The position numbers and the translations under genes are program-made. Under the pieces are notes generated by a model, which did no database searches, was not told the DNA's origin, and saw only the letters and a list, made by a program, of their open reading frames with translations. A stretch of DNA of 64,000 bases, from positions 3,552-67,551 of the forward strand of contig JAZKTK010000002.1 in assembly GCA_036625595.1 (NCBI GenBank). The letters are read 5' to 3'. The DNA is from Haloarculaceae archaeon (GTDB taxonomy: Archaea; Halobacteriota; Halobacteria; Halobacteriales; Haloarculaceae). Numbering within the stretch: position 1 is the stretch's first letter; every line of letters starts with the position of its first letter. Below are positions 19,165 through 28,036 of the stretch, piece after piece.

Positions 19165-19170
19165 TTTTTT
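19165..19170 (+). terminator. Oligo-T tract, candidate archaeal terminator of the acs2-symporter-usp operon
   Basis: A T6 run lies 48 nt after the usp stop codon. Archaeal termination typically occurs at oligo-T. Confidence 0.4.
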
Positions 19171-19596
19171 GCCGAGTCGACGCAGAATAACTTCGCTTCC
19201 AGCCACTGTCTGGTACGGCCTGCTGAGAGTGTTGTCAGCGGGATTCGACAAACTGGACAGGCAAGAGTGAGTGGCTCATAGTGAGTATTGCGAGTCTGCA
19301 CCGCCGGATGAAGAAATATCCAGTCAGTCAGAGCCGGCGCAGCCGAGGTTTCGTGGCCGTGCCGAAACGTACCGCAATAATCACTATCAGGTCGCTCCCG
19401 ACGGCGCGTGGGTTTCGAAGGTGACAGCGGACACTCTCAGAAGCAGTCTGCTACCAATTATTTAGCCCATCCACCTTTTATTAGCACGTTCCAAACGTGT
19501 ATGTGTAGTGATAATCTGACGGGACAGTGGCACCGAACGTGGAGCCCGCGGTACGTCGCAGTAGACCACCCGTAGATAGCGGTCCCAGCGAACACC

Positions 19597-20457
19597 ATGA
19601 TACAGACACTCACAAACGGTGTGACGGTAGTACAGCCAGAGATTATCCTCCAGATGACACAGAGCGAGGCGTTCGAGTTTATCCACGACGACGCACTGCT
19701 CGCGTCGTCGCTGTGGGCGAATATCGCGCTCGCGGGGCTAGCGATACTCCTCTTTGTGTATATGGGTCGGAACATCGAAGACCCACGGGCACAGCTCATC
19801 TGGGTCGCCACGCTGCTGGTGCCGCTGGTCTCGATATCGAGTTACGTCGGACTCGTCTCCGGGCTGACCGTGGGATTCCTGGAGATGCCGGCAGGGCACG
19901 CCCTCGCCGGTGAAGGCGGTGTCTTCTCACCGTGGGGTCGATATCTCACGTGGACGTTCTCGACGCCGATGATTCTCGCGGCGCTCGGACTGCTCGCCGG
20001 GACGAACCGGGCAAAGCTCACAACGGCAATTACGATGGACATCGGGATGTGTATCACCGGACTGGCCGCCGCACTGACGACCGGCTCGTACCTGCTGCGA
20101 TGGGTGTTCTACGGTATCAGCTGTGCCTTCTTCGTCGCGGTGCTCTACGTCCTGCTGGTCGAGTGGCCTGCAGACGCAAACGCTGCCGGGACAAGCGAGA
20201 TCTTCGGGACGCTCAAGGTGCTGACTGTCGTGCTGTGGCTGGGCTATCCGATTCTGTGGGCGCTCGGCGCGGAGGGATTTGCCGTCCTCGACGTCGCACT
20301 CACGTCCTGGGGATACTCCGGACTGGACATCTTCGCGAAGTACGTCTTCGCGTTCCTGCTGTTGCGCTGGGTGGCTGCAAACGAGCGCATTATCGGCAGG
20401 ACAGACAGCATCGCTGAAGAGACGACGACAAGCAGCGCCAGTCCGGTCGACGACTGA
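19597..20457 (+). CDS. hop: Halorhodopsin (light-driven inward chloride pump)
   Basis: It is strongly similar to Halobacterium salinarum HR as I recall it: LASSLW.N.ALAG.AIL.FVYMGR, WGRYLTWTFSTPMIL (Arg, Thr and Ser of the chloride site replace the DTD of bacteriorhodopsin), GLAAALTT, VLWLGYPI.WA.G.EG, and DIFAKYVFAFLLL carrying the Schiff-base Lys. Confidence 0.92.
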   Translation: MIQTLTNGVTVVQPEIILQMTQSEAFEFIHDDALLASSLWANIALAGLAILLFVYMGRNIEDPRAQLIWVATLLVPLVSISSYVGLVSGLTVGFLEMPAGHALAGEGGVFSPWGRYLTWTFSTPMILAALGLLAGTNRAKLTTAITMDIGMCITGLAAALTTGSYLLRWVFYGISCAFFVAVLYVLLVEWPADANAAGTSEIFGTLKVLTVVLWLGYPILWALGAEGFAVLDVALTSWGYSGLDIFAKYVFAFLLLRWVAANERIIGRTDSIAEETTTSSASPVDD

Positions 20458-20490
20458 ACGAAAAAAATCAGGCAGAGGGAGACAGCGGCG

Positions 20491-20655
20491 TCATTCCCTG
20501 CGGTCGATGTCGAGCTGGTCTTCGACGTCGTCGAGCCAGTCCGCGTCGGCGAGGTCTTCCATCTGCTCCTGGAAGTGCGTCTTGCAGACGCCGACCTTGA
20601 TTCCGTCCTTCTCGACGGCGATATCGGCTTCGCGGTCGCAGTAGTGACACTGCAT
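20491..20655 (-). CDS. Small CxxC/CxxH metal-binding protein, conserved hypothetical
   Basis: The product MQCHYCDREADIAVEKDGIKVGVCKTHF... has an acidic tail. An A7 run on + (T7 on the coding strand) at 20461-20467 follows its stop. Confidence 0.55.
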   Translation of the reverse strand: MQCHYCDREADIAVEKDGIKVGVCKTHFQEQMEDLADADWLDDVEDQLDIDRRE

Positions 20656-20703
20656 ACGCGTTCCTTGGGGCGGCACACCATTGAACCCTGCGGCCGCGGC
20701 GAG

Positions 20704-21483
20704 TTACAACCTGACGTGCGAGCGAAAGTACTGATAGGCCTCGCTGTCCAGCCCAGCCAGTCCCAGCGTCTCCTCGTGGGCGTCGCTGCCTCCCGTCGGA
20801 ACGAGGTCGTGTCGCTCGATTGCGCGCTCGACGGGTCGCAAATCGACTTCCCGGCCGTAGGGATACCACCGTTCGACGGCATCGAGCGATTCGGTGAGGG
20901 CAAGCGCTGCCGCCGGGTCGTCGTACCGGAGCGGATGAGCCAGCCCCACGAGCCCGCAGGCGTCGGCGAGCAGGTCCCGTCCCGTCTCGAAGTCGGGAAT
21001 CTCGCGACCGACGAAACAGGGGCAGTCGTCGCCGATGAGGTCGGCAAAGGCGTCGTCGTACTCGTAGTCGGCCTCGGTTTCCGCGATAGCGCGAGCGATG
21101 TGTGGGCGACCGACACCGGGTTCGAACGCGACATCGAGCGACACACCGAGGCGGTCCTCGACACAGTCGACGATGCGGCGGGCGCGCTCGATGCGGTTCT
21201 CCTGGAGACGGTCGATTTCCGCGGTGAGTGCGTCCGTTCGGCGTGCGCCGTACCCCAGGAGGTCGACTTCTCCCGCCGGCGAGCGCACCCGGAGTTCGAT
21301 ACCGTGGACAACTGTGACACCACCGACGACTGCGACCGGCGTCTGCAGCCCTGGGTGGAGCCGGTCGTGGTCAGTGACGGCGACAACCTCGACACCGGCC
21401 TCGCGTGCCGCGTCGGGTATCGTCTCCAGCGTGAGCGCTCCGTCGGAGTTCGTCGTGTGGACGTGGAGGTCCGCGACTACCAT
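20704..21483 (-). CDS. PHP-domain metal-dependent phosphoesterase
   Basis: The N-terminal ADLHVHTTNSDGALT and VVAVTDHD are the PHP His/Asp motifs, and GGSDAH lies near the C-terminus. Confidence 0.85.
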   Translation of the reverse strand: MVVADLHVHTTNSDGALTLETIPDAAREAGVEVVAVTDHDRLHPGLQTPVAVVGGVTVVHGIELRVRSPAGEVDLLGYGARRTDALTAEIDRLQENRIERARRIVDCVEDRLGVSLDVAFEPGVGRPHIARAIAETEADYEYDDAFADLIGDDCPCFVGREIPDFETGRDLLADACGLVGLAHPLRYDDPAAALALTESLDAVERWYPYGREVDLRPVERAIERHDLVPTGGSDAHEETLGLAGLDSEAYQYFRSHVRL

Positions 21484-21640
21484 ACTGGACGGTCGGCCCC
21501 CGCGGGTATCGGTGTTTCTGCTCGGCTGTGTGAGTGAGTCGGGGGTGATTGTCTGTTCCTTAGATGCACTAGAATACCTAATTCAGTTATGCAATGATAG
21601 ATGGTGAAGTTTATGTGTCGCCGCACCCCGAGACAGAGAT

Positions 21641-21928
21641 ATGAGACTTATCAGCGACGTGGACGACTCGTTTGCAACGCACACGTTCCCGAGCACGACA
21701 GCCGAATTCGTCGAGGAACACGGCGAACTGGAACTCGAGCTGCCAAACGGTGCAGCCACTCTCGAAGAGGTCCTCGAATGTCTGCCGAACGAAGAGTTCG
21801 AGACCGAAGATGACGCGCGGCTGTCAGTGTACAGCGCGCTCGGCGAAGAGGCAATCGGCCGAAAGGGGTACAGCGACCGCGACGCGACCGCACCCGGTGA
21901 GAACGGTCACGACGTCGTCTCGCTGTAA
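21641..21928 (+). CDS. Small acidic conserved hypothetical protein
   Basis: 95-aa acidic ORF with good halophilic composition. It loosely resembles the ORF at 38659-38916 (F/YP.s....EF......L.L.dG...L.EV). I cannot name a family with confidence. Confidence 0.55.
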   Translation: MRLISDVDDSFATHTFPSTTAEFVEEHGELELELPNGAATLEEVLECLPNEEFETEDDARLSVYSALGEEAIGRKGYSDRDATAPGENGHDVVSL

Positions 21929-22017
21929 CCAACGAAGCCGAGTGGGCGGTCCCGGCGGGCATTGACATAGCAACCTTCTGTTCTTTTGGAATCCGGACCG
22001 TGAGGTCTGAATAGACC

Positions 22018-23640
22018 ATGAAAAAGCCACTGCTGGCTACGGAGTTCCTCGACAGAGCACGGGAGAACTTCGGTGGCCACGAGGCACTCCTCACCGTCGA
22101 GGGCGACCGACTGACGTACGACGAACTCGGTGACCGGGTCGACCGCCTCTCGGCTGCGCTGCAGGACCGCGGCATCGAGAAGGGCGACCGCGTCGCTGTG
22201 CTGGACCCGAACACACACTACCACCTCGAAACAGCCTACGCCGCCATCCAGATTGGCGCAATTCACACGCCGCTGAACTACCGGCTCAAACCCGGCGAGA
22301 ACGAGTATATTATAAACGATGCCGGTATCGACGCCATCGTCTGTGACTACGATTTCGTCGACAACGTCGACCCGGTCCGGGACGCCGTCGACGTGGAGAC
22401 CTACATCTGTACCGACCCCGAGCAGGCCGACACCGACGAGGAGTGGGCCGACTACGAATCGGTCATCGACGACTATGGCCCCGGCGAGCACGAGCGCCCG
22501 GAGATGGCCGAAGACGAGATTATCACCATCAACTACACCTCGGGAACGACTGGCGACCCGAAAGGCGTGATGCGCACCCACCGCACGGAGACGATTCACG
22601 CGTATCTCACCGCCCACCAGAACTCGATTACGAGCGACGACGTCTACTACTGGACGCTCCCGATGTTCCACGTCAACGGGTGGGGACACATCTTCGCTAT
22701 CACGGGCGTGGGCGCTCGACACATCTGTGCCCGTGGGTTCGACCCCGAACGCACCTTCGAGAAGATTGCCGAGGAAGACGTCTCCTACATGTGCTGTGCG
22801 CCGACGGTAATGAACATGCTCATCGAACACTGGGAGGCGCACGACCCCCAGACCACCGGCGACGCCGACCTTCGAATCGCCTCCGGCGGTGCAGCACCAC
22901 CCGAGGCGACAATGCGCACGCTGGAGGACGATATCGGCTGGTATTTCAAGCACATGTACGGCTCGACGGAGACCGGCCCGCTCATCGTCACCTCCGACTA
23001 CAACCGACTGTTCGACCAGGACGACGACTCCCGATTCGAAATCAAGAACAGACAGGGCTTTGCGATGCTCGGGACCGAAATCGACGTGGTCGACGGGGAG
23101 GGCAACTCCGTCCCCACTGACGACGAGACGATTGGCGAAATTGTCGTCCGGGGGAACCAGATTATGGAGGGGTACTGGAACAATCCCGAGGAGACAGCAG
23201 AGGCCTTTTCGGCACGACGGGAGGGGTGGTTCCACACCGGCGACCTCGCGACGCTCAACGAGGACGGAATGTTGAAAATCAAAGACCGCAAGAAGGACAT
23301 CATCGTCTCCGGCGGGGAAAATATCTCCAGTCTCCAGCTAGAGGACTGTCTGTACAATCACCCGGCAGTCCGCGAGGTGGCGATTATTCCGGTCCCAAGC
23401 GCAGAGTGGGGCGAGACGCCAAAAGCCTACATCATCCCGAAGAACGGCGACCCCGAGAATCCGGGCGTGACTGCCGAGGAAATAACAGCCTACACCAAAG
23501 AACACCTCGCCGACTACAAGGCCGTCCGCGTGGTAGAATTTGTCGACCAGCTCCCCAAGACCTCGACCGGAAAGATTCAGAAGTACGAACTCAGGCAGAC
23601 GGAGTGGGACGACCACGACCAGATGGTCGGCGAAGGATAG
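22018..23640 (+). CDS. AMP-dependent acyl-CoA synthetase (medium/short-chain type)
   Basis: Motifs are YTSGTTGDPKGV, YGSTETGP, TGDLATLNEDGMLKIKDRKKD and KTSTGKIQK. Confidence 0.88.
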   Translation: MKKPLLATEFLDRARENFGGHEALLTVEGDRLTYDELGDRVDRLSAALQDRGIEKGDRVAVLDPNTHYHLETAYAAIQIGAIHTPLNYRLKPGENEYIINDAGIDAIVCDYDFVDNVDPVRDAVDVETYICTDPEQADTDEEWADYESVIDDYGPGEHERPEMAEDEIITINYTSGTTGDPKGVMRTHRTETIHAYLTAHQNSITSDDVYYWTLPMFHVNGWGHIFAITGVGARHICARGFDPERTFEKIAEEDVSYMCCAPTVMNMLIEHWEAHDPQTTGDADLRIASGGAAPPEATMRTLEDDIGWYFKHMYGSTETGPLIVTSDYNRLFDQDDDSRFEIKNRQGFAMLGTEIDVVDGEGNSVPTDDETIGEIVVRGNQIMEGYWNNPEETAEAFSARREGWFHTGDLATLNEDGMLKIKDRKKDIIVSGGENISSLQLEDCLYNHPAVREVAIIPVPSAEWGETPKAYIIPKNGDPENPGVTAEEITAYTKEHLADYKAVRVVEFVDQLPKTSTGKIQKYELRQTEWDDHDQMVGEG

Positions 23641-23702
23641 GCACGCTCGGCGTGGCAGCCGATGCACAGAAATATATCCGCGGGGGTGTATCCGTCCGAT
23701 GA

Positions 23703-25523
23703 ATGGCTGATTCCGAGCCCGAGTCAGAGACAGACCCCGAGGAGAGCGTCCGGCAGGCCGTCGAGCGGTCCAGAAGTGGCGCACCCGCGGCCGGTCGGGT
23801 CGTCCGTGACCGCTTCTCCGCTGACGAAGTCTTCCAGCGAATCGTCGCCGCCGCCGACGAAGAGATTACCGCCGGAAGCCGGGAACTGTTCTTCAGCGGT
23901 CTCGCCGCTGGCTTTGCAATCACGATTACGTTCCTGCTGTACATCTCCCTGACGGCGTCGACGGACGGCCATCCCGTTCTCTCCGCGATGCTGTACCCGC
24001 TCGGATTTATTTACATCATCATCGGTGGCTACCAGCTCTACACCGAAAACACACTCCCGCCGGTCGCGCTGACACTCGAACGCATCGCGTCGATACCGGC
24101 GCTCTTGCGCAACTGGGTGGTCGTCCTGGCCGGAAACTTTACCGGTGGCACGTTCGGTGCCATGGCACTCGCGTGGGGTGGTGTCCTCTCGACGGACGGG
24201 GCGTCGGCCGCAGCCGACATCGCCTCGAAGGGTATCGAAACCGGCTCGACGGTGTTGTTCGTCAAGGCTGCCTTCGCCGGACTCATCGTCGCGGGCGTTG
24301 TCTGGGTCAGCTTCGCCGCCAGAGACACCATTTCACGGCTCGTCGTCGTCTATCTCGCCTTTTTGTCGATTCCGCTCGGTGGTCTGTTCCACGTCGTGGT
24401 CTCGTACACCGAGATGGTGTATCTCGTCTTGCTGGGTGAGCTCTCGGTGATTGTCGGGATGACCGAGTTCGTCATCCCAGTGTTGCTCGGGAACACCGCT
24501 GGCGGGGTCGTGCTGGTAACGGTCGTCAACTACTTCCAGACGACAGAAGAACGGCTGGAATCGGCCCGGTTTGAGGGCGCGAACCGTCGCCTCTCGATGC
24601 AGGAGTGGGTCATGGGGAGCCGCGCCGGACGGTCGTACGTGCCTCTCATCGACACGGCAGAACCGGCCACACAATCCGAAAACGGCCCGTTCCGTATCGT
24701 CGTCCCGATTACGAATCCCCGGACGGAGTCACGACTCGTCGAATTCGCCTGTACGCTGGCAAGCGACAGAGACGAGGCTATCGTCGACGTGGTCCACATC
24801 GTCCAGATGCCCCGTCAGTCCTCACAGGGATACGGCGTCAGACAGAGCAGGCGCATCATCGACGAATCGGAAGAGCTGATGGAGAATATGCGAGGTATCG
24901 CCAACAACTACGATGTCAGCTGTGAAACCTCGACAGTGCTGTCACACCGCTCGTTCGAGGAGATATTCACTGTGTCAAAACGCAAGGGCGCCGACCTCGT
25001 GGTGATGGAGTGGGGCGAAGACGGCGTGTGGAAGGCCGCGCGCGCGGACCGCCCCCTCGACGACCTCACACGACAGCTCCCCAGTGACTTTCTCGTCCTC
25101 AAGGACCGGGACCTCGACACCTCGCGGGTCCTCCTGCCGGTCGTGGGCGACCACTCCGACGACATGAGCGCCGACGTCGCACGGGCGCTCCGCGACGTCA
25201 AGGGGGCAGCGGTGAGCCTCCTGCACGTCGTCGACGGGCCCGAGAAGCGCGAACAGGGCGAAGAGTTCCTCGCCAACTGGGCGGCCGACCACGGACTCGA
25301 GGACGCCATCCGACTCGTCGATGACACCGGCAACGTCGAGGCAGCAATCGAACAGGAAGCCCAAGAACACACGCTGGTGCTGCTCGGTGCCTCCGAGCGA
25401 GGGCTGTTATCACGACTCGCCCGTGATGCACTCTATCTTGACGTTATCGATGACCTGGAAAGCTCCGTCGTGCTCGCGGAACCGGCGACAAAGCGAGGAC
25501 TCCTCAGCCGACTGTTCGGCTAA
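23703..25523 (+). CDS. Formate/nitrite transporter (FNT) family channel fused to two C-terminal universal-stress-protein domains
   Basis: The N-terminal ~290 aa are polytopic with FNT-like segments (FSGLAAGFAITITF, LYPLGFIYIIIGGYQLYTENT, LRNWVVVLAGNFTGG). The C-terminal ~270 aa contain two USP-like halves (RIVVPITNP...ADLVVMEWG; RVLLPVVGD...HTLVLLGASERG). Confidence 0.75.
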   Translation: MADSEPESETDPEESVRQAVERSRSGAPAAGRVVRDRFSADEVFQRIVAAADEEITAGSRELFFSGLAAGFAITITFLLYISLTASTDGHPVLSAMLYPLGFIYIIIGGYQLYTENTLPPVALTLERIASIPALLRNWVVVLAGNFTGGTFGAMALAWGGVLSTDGASAAADIASKGIETGSTVLFVKAAFAGLIVAGVVWVSFAARDTISRLVVVYLAFLSIPLGGLFHVVVSYTEMVYLVLLGELSVIVGMTEFVIPVLLGNTAGGVVLVTVVNYFQTTEERLESARFEGANRRLSMQEWVMGSRAGRSYVPLIDTAEPATQSENGPFRIVVPITNPRTESRLVEFACTLASDRDEAIVDVVHIVQMPRQSSQGYGVRQSRRIIDESEELMENMRGIANNYDVSCETSTVLSHRSFEEIFTVSKRKGADLVVMEWGEDGVWKAARADRPLDDLTRQLPSDFLVLKDRDLDTSRVLLPVVGDHSDDMSADVARALRDVKGAAVSLLHVVDGPEKREQGEEFLANWAADHGLEDAIRLVDDTGNVEAAIEQEAQEHTLVLLGASERGLLSRLARDALYLDVIDDLESSVVLAEPATKRGLLSRLFG

Positions 25524-25652
25524 GCGGTGACACTCGGCGACTTGCCATCCAAACGCCGACGTTTCGAGTGAGTGTACAAAAAGGCCGCCACGAACGTAGC
25601 TTCCTGAGAACGCCCCTGCCCACTAACGTGTTGATGACGGTTACCTGGGTGT

Positions 25653-26081
25653 ATGTACCGCGTACTGTTGCCGGTAGACGAGAACGAACAACGCGCCGAA
25701 CAGGCAGCCCAGAACGTTAGAAATCTCCCGAGAGACGCAGACGACATCGAAGTCGTCGTGCTGAACGTCGAAGCGCCGTACAGTGTCGGCGACGGCGGTG
25801 GGCGGGTTAGTTCCGAAGAGTTCTTCGACGAGACGGACTATCCGGAGAGCGTCGAAACAGTTCTCGACCTGCTAGAGGACGCAGGTATCGCGACGGAGAA
25901 GCGTCGCGTCCACGGCAGCCCGAGCGAAGAGATTCTGGCAGTTGCCGACGAGGTCGACGCCGACACGATTGCGATGAGCGGTCGCAAACGAAGTCCCTCT
26001 GGGAAAGTCCTGTTCGGGAGCGTCACGCAGTCGGTGTTACTGGACGCGAACCGTCCAGTACTGGTGTCGGCGCTGGGATGA
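25653..26081 (+). CDS. Universal stress protein
   Basis: The N-terminus is MYRVLLPVDENE and the USP ATP-binding motif is IAMSGRKRSPSGKVLFGSVTQSVLLDANRPVLV. Confidence 0.85.
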   Translation: MYRVLLPVDENEQRAEQAAQNVRNLPRDADDIEVVVLNVEAPYSVGDGGGRVSSEEFFDETDYPESVETVLDLLEDAGIATEKRRVHGSPSEEILAVADEVDADTIAMSGRKRSPSGKVLFGSVTQSVLLDANRPVLVSALG

Positions 26082-26082
26082 G

Positions 26083-26499
26083 CTAGTCTTTTTCCAGAAA
26101 GTCCGGTCGTTCGACGGCTTCGTTCTTGCCCGGTTCCGGGCGGTCGAGCGCATCCATCTTGTCGATAGCGTCGGGCAACCCGTCGCGGCCGCCGGTCGGA
26201 ACCTCGTCCTCGTCGACGGTGACCGTCTCGCCCTCGACGAGTTCCGCCCAGACGGGGGCGTCTGCGCCACGGGCAGTGTCCGCGTCGAACTCGCGGGCCT
26301 CGTTTTTCCCCTCGTCGAAGGCCAGGTCGACCACACTCTTGTTGTAGGAGGTGTCCATCTCCGCACGAACGCGTTCGAGTTCCTCCGGATGGTACTCCCC
26401 GAGAGACGTGGCGACACCGAGTGCGTACGCGCGGTCGATGGCCTCGTCCTTGTCGAGTGCATCCCAGTCGGTTCCGTAGGCGCGTTCGTACTTGCTCAT
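26083..26499 (-). CDS. Acidic conserved hypothetical protein, last gene of the minus-strand KaiC-like operon
   Basis: The ATG at 26497-26499 (MSKYERAYG...) lies 1 nt after the stop of the upstream ATPase gene. The product is 138 aa, acidic, with no TM segment and no recognised motif. Confidence 0.65.
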   Translation of the reverse strand: MSKYERAYGTDWDALDKDEAIDRAYALGVATSLGEYHPEELERVRAEMDTSYNKSVVDLAFDEGKNEAREFDADTARGADAPVWAELVEGETVTVDEDEVPTGGRDGLPDAIDKMDALDRPEPGKNEAVERPDFLEKD

Positions 26500-26500
26500 G

Positions 26501-27187
26501 TTATCCCTGGACCTTCCGGTCACCGTGAACGCGCAATCCCTGATCGGAAAAACTTATCTCCCGGATATCACAGTCGATTGCAGTCCCGCGCATTTTGATG
26601 ACCTGTATCCCCCGAGTCATTCCGGATGAATCGAGGAAATTGTGGAAGAAAATGACCCCGTGTGCGAGGTAGTGTTCGTCCGAGTAGGAGGTCGGGTCGG
26701 TCATCTCCGAGATGAGCAGTGTGGTCGCGTCAGTCTGTTTCAGCGCGGAGAGAAAGCCCGTAATTTCGTCGCTCATGTCCGAGAAGAAGTGCTGGAGGAG
26801 CATCGTAGAGTCGATGACGACCCGGTCGACGTCGTTCGATTCGATGAACGCAACCAGGCGATTCGTGAGGCCACCGTCGGTCCCGAACTGAGTTATCGTC
26901 CGTTTGCCGGCCTCGGTAACGAGATTCAGGAACTGTACGTTCTCGGACTGGACGGCCCGGTCGAAGCCAAAGTCGTAGCCCGACATATCCTGGATCAGTT
27001 CCTCTTTGGTCTCGTGCATCGTCACGTAGAGGCAGTCCGCACCCTCTTTTGCACCCTGTGTGATAAACTGTGAGCAGAAGGTCGTCTTTCCGCTTCCTGG
27101 CGGTCCGCTCACGACGTAGAGTCGGTCGTCCAGAAGTCCCCCCTCGACGAGTTCGTCGAATCCAGGGACGCCACTCGAAAGTCGCAT
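26501..27187 (-). CDS. Single-domain KaiC/RecA-superfamily ATPase (COG0467-like, RAD55/KaiC family)
   Basis: The N-terminus SSGVPGFDELVEGGLLDDRLYVVSGPPGSGKTTFCSQF carries Walker A, and RVVIDS is Walker B-like. I prefer the ATG at 27187 to the one at 27274. Confidence 0.8.
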   Translation of the reverse strand: MRLSSGVPGFDELVEGGLLDDRLYVVSGPPGSGKTTFCSQFITQGAKEGADCLYVTMHETKEELIQDMSGYDFGFDRAVQSENVQFLNLVTEAGKRTITQFGTDGGLTNRLVAFIESNDVDRVVIDSTMLLQHFFSDMSDEITGFLSALKQTDATTLLISEMTDPTSYSDEHYLAHGVIFFHNFLDSSGMTRGIQVIKMRGTAIDCDIREISFSDQGLRVHGDRKVQG

Positions 27188-27233
27188 GCGAGGGTCAACG
27201 CCGTATCGAGATATAGATGTTTGCTCTGTGTTC

Positions 27234-27998
27234 TCAGTGTTGATAATCCACCACGCCAGTCGCGAACGATTCACGGACGGCGAGCAGTTTGCGGGTCGCC
27301 CGCTCGTCGAATCTGAGGGGACGCCGCCACCACGGCCCCTTTCCGGAGTCAGCCGAGAGCTCGGTCACGAGTTCGTTCGCGTCGACGCCGCCAGACGGGT
27401 TCGAGAGTGGTACTGCACGGTCGTACAGCGCTGATTCAGACGGGTCACCAGTCAGGAGGACGCGAGCATCAGTCGTCTCGTCGTGGCGGGAATCACCGTT
27501 CCGAGACATCGCGTGCGTCTCGCGGCGAACGTGGGCGTTGTTCGCAAACGGTGCCCGCCCGTCGGCGTCGAGCGCCGCGTACTCTTCGCCGGTGAGTGGG
27601 TCCTGTGCCAGTCGGAACTGACCGATACAGAACGCACCCCACTCCGGCGGGAGCCACTCCGCCGACTCACGAACTGAAAGCGTCGCATAAAAGATGACGT
27701 AATCGCCCGCCGTCAGTTCCGAGAGCGGGCCGGCCTTGATACCGTGGTCGTCGCCGTAGGTGTAGCGCTCACAGCAGGGATACTCGGGAAACTCCGGGTC
27801 GAGGTGGACGGGCTGGTCGGAGAGTGCGTCCGGAATCGTCGTCGTCAGGTGGTCCGCGAGGTCGCCGTACGTCGGCGGGTCGACGGCGGGTTCGGTTTCG
27901 GGAATCGGGATGTACTCGAAGGAGCCGTCGGGCCAGACGGGGCCACGAAATCCCGGTTCATTCGTGTTGGCACCGACGTTGATAGCGAGAGCTCGCAT
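27234..27998 (-). CDS. Uncharacterised cytosolic protein, possibly Nmad3-like (nucleotide-modification-associated domain); tentative
   Basis: 254-aa ORF beginning MRALAINVGANTNEPGFRGPVWPDGSFEYIPIPE. The composition is protein-like throughout. The family suggestion comes from memory of the N-terminal pattern only. Confidence 0.6.
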   Translation of the reverse strand: MRALAINVGANTNEPGFRGPVWPDGSFEYIPIPETEPAVDPPTYGDLADHLTTTIPDALSDQPVHLDPEFPEYPCCERYTYGDDHGIKAGPLSELTAGDYVIFYATLSVRESAEWLPPEWGAFCIGQFRLAQDPLTGEEYAALDADGRAPFANNAHVRRETHAMSRNGDSRHDETTDARVLLTGDPSESALYDRAVPLSNPSGGVDANELVTELSADSGKGPWWRRPLRFDERATRKLLAVRESFATGVVDYQH

Positions 27999-28036
27999 TG
28001 CGTACGGGTCGGTAGCCAACGAGCAAAAGAACTCCG

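Noticed and set aside
19118-19596. ORFs in the gap upstream of halorhodopsin (19023-19301 minus; 19271-19465 plus; 19458-19811 minus) as genes.
   Set aside because: The products are Arg/Cys/Ser-rich or overlap hop in antisense. They have no motifs, poor halophilic composition and no sensible promoter spacing. I left the region as an untranslated or regulatory gap.
21641-21928. The two small acidic proteins (21641-21928 and 38659-38916) as a toxin-antitoxin or paired system.
   Set aside because: They lie 17 kb apart. Each is monocistronic with no small partner gene, and the similarity is only a loose pattern. They are probably members of a common small haloarchaeal protein family.
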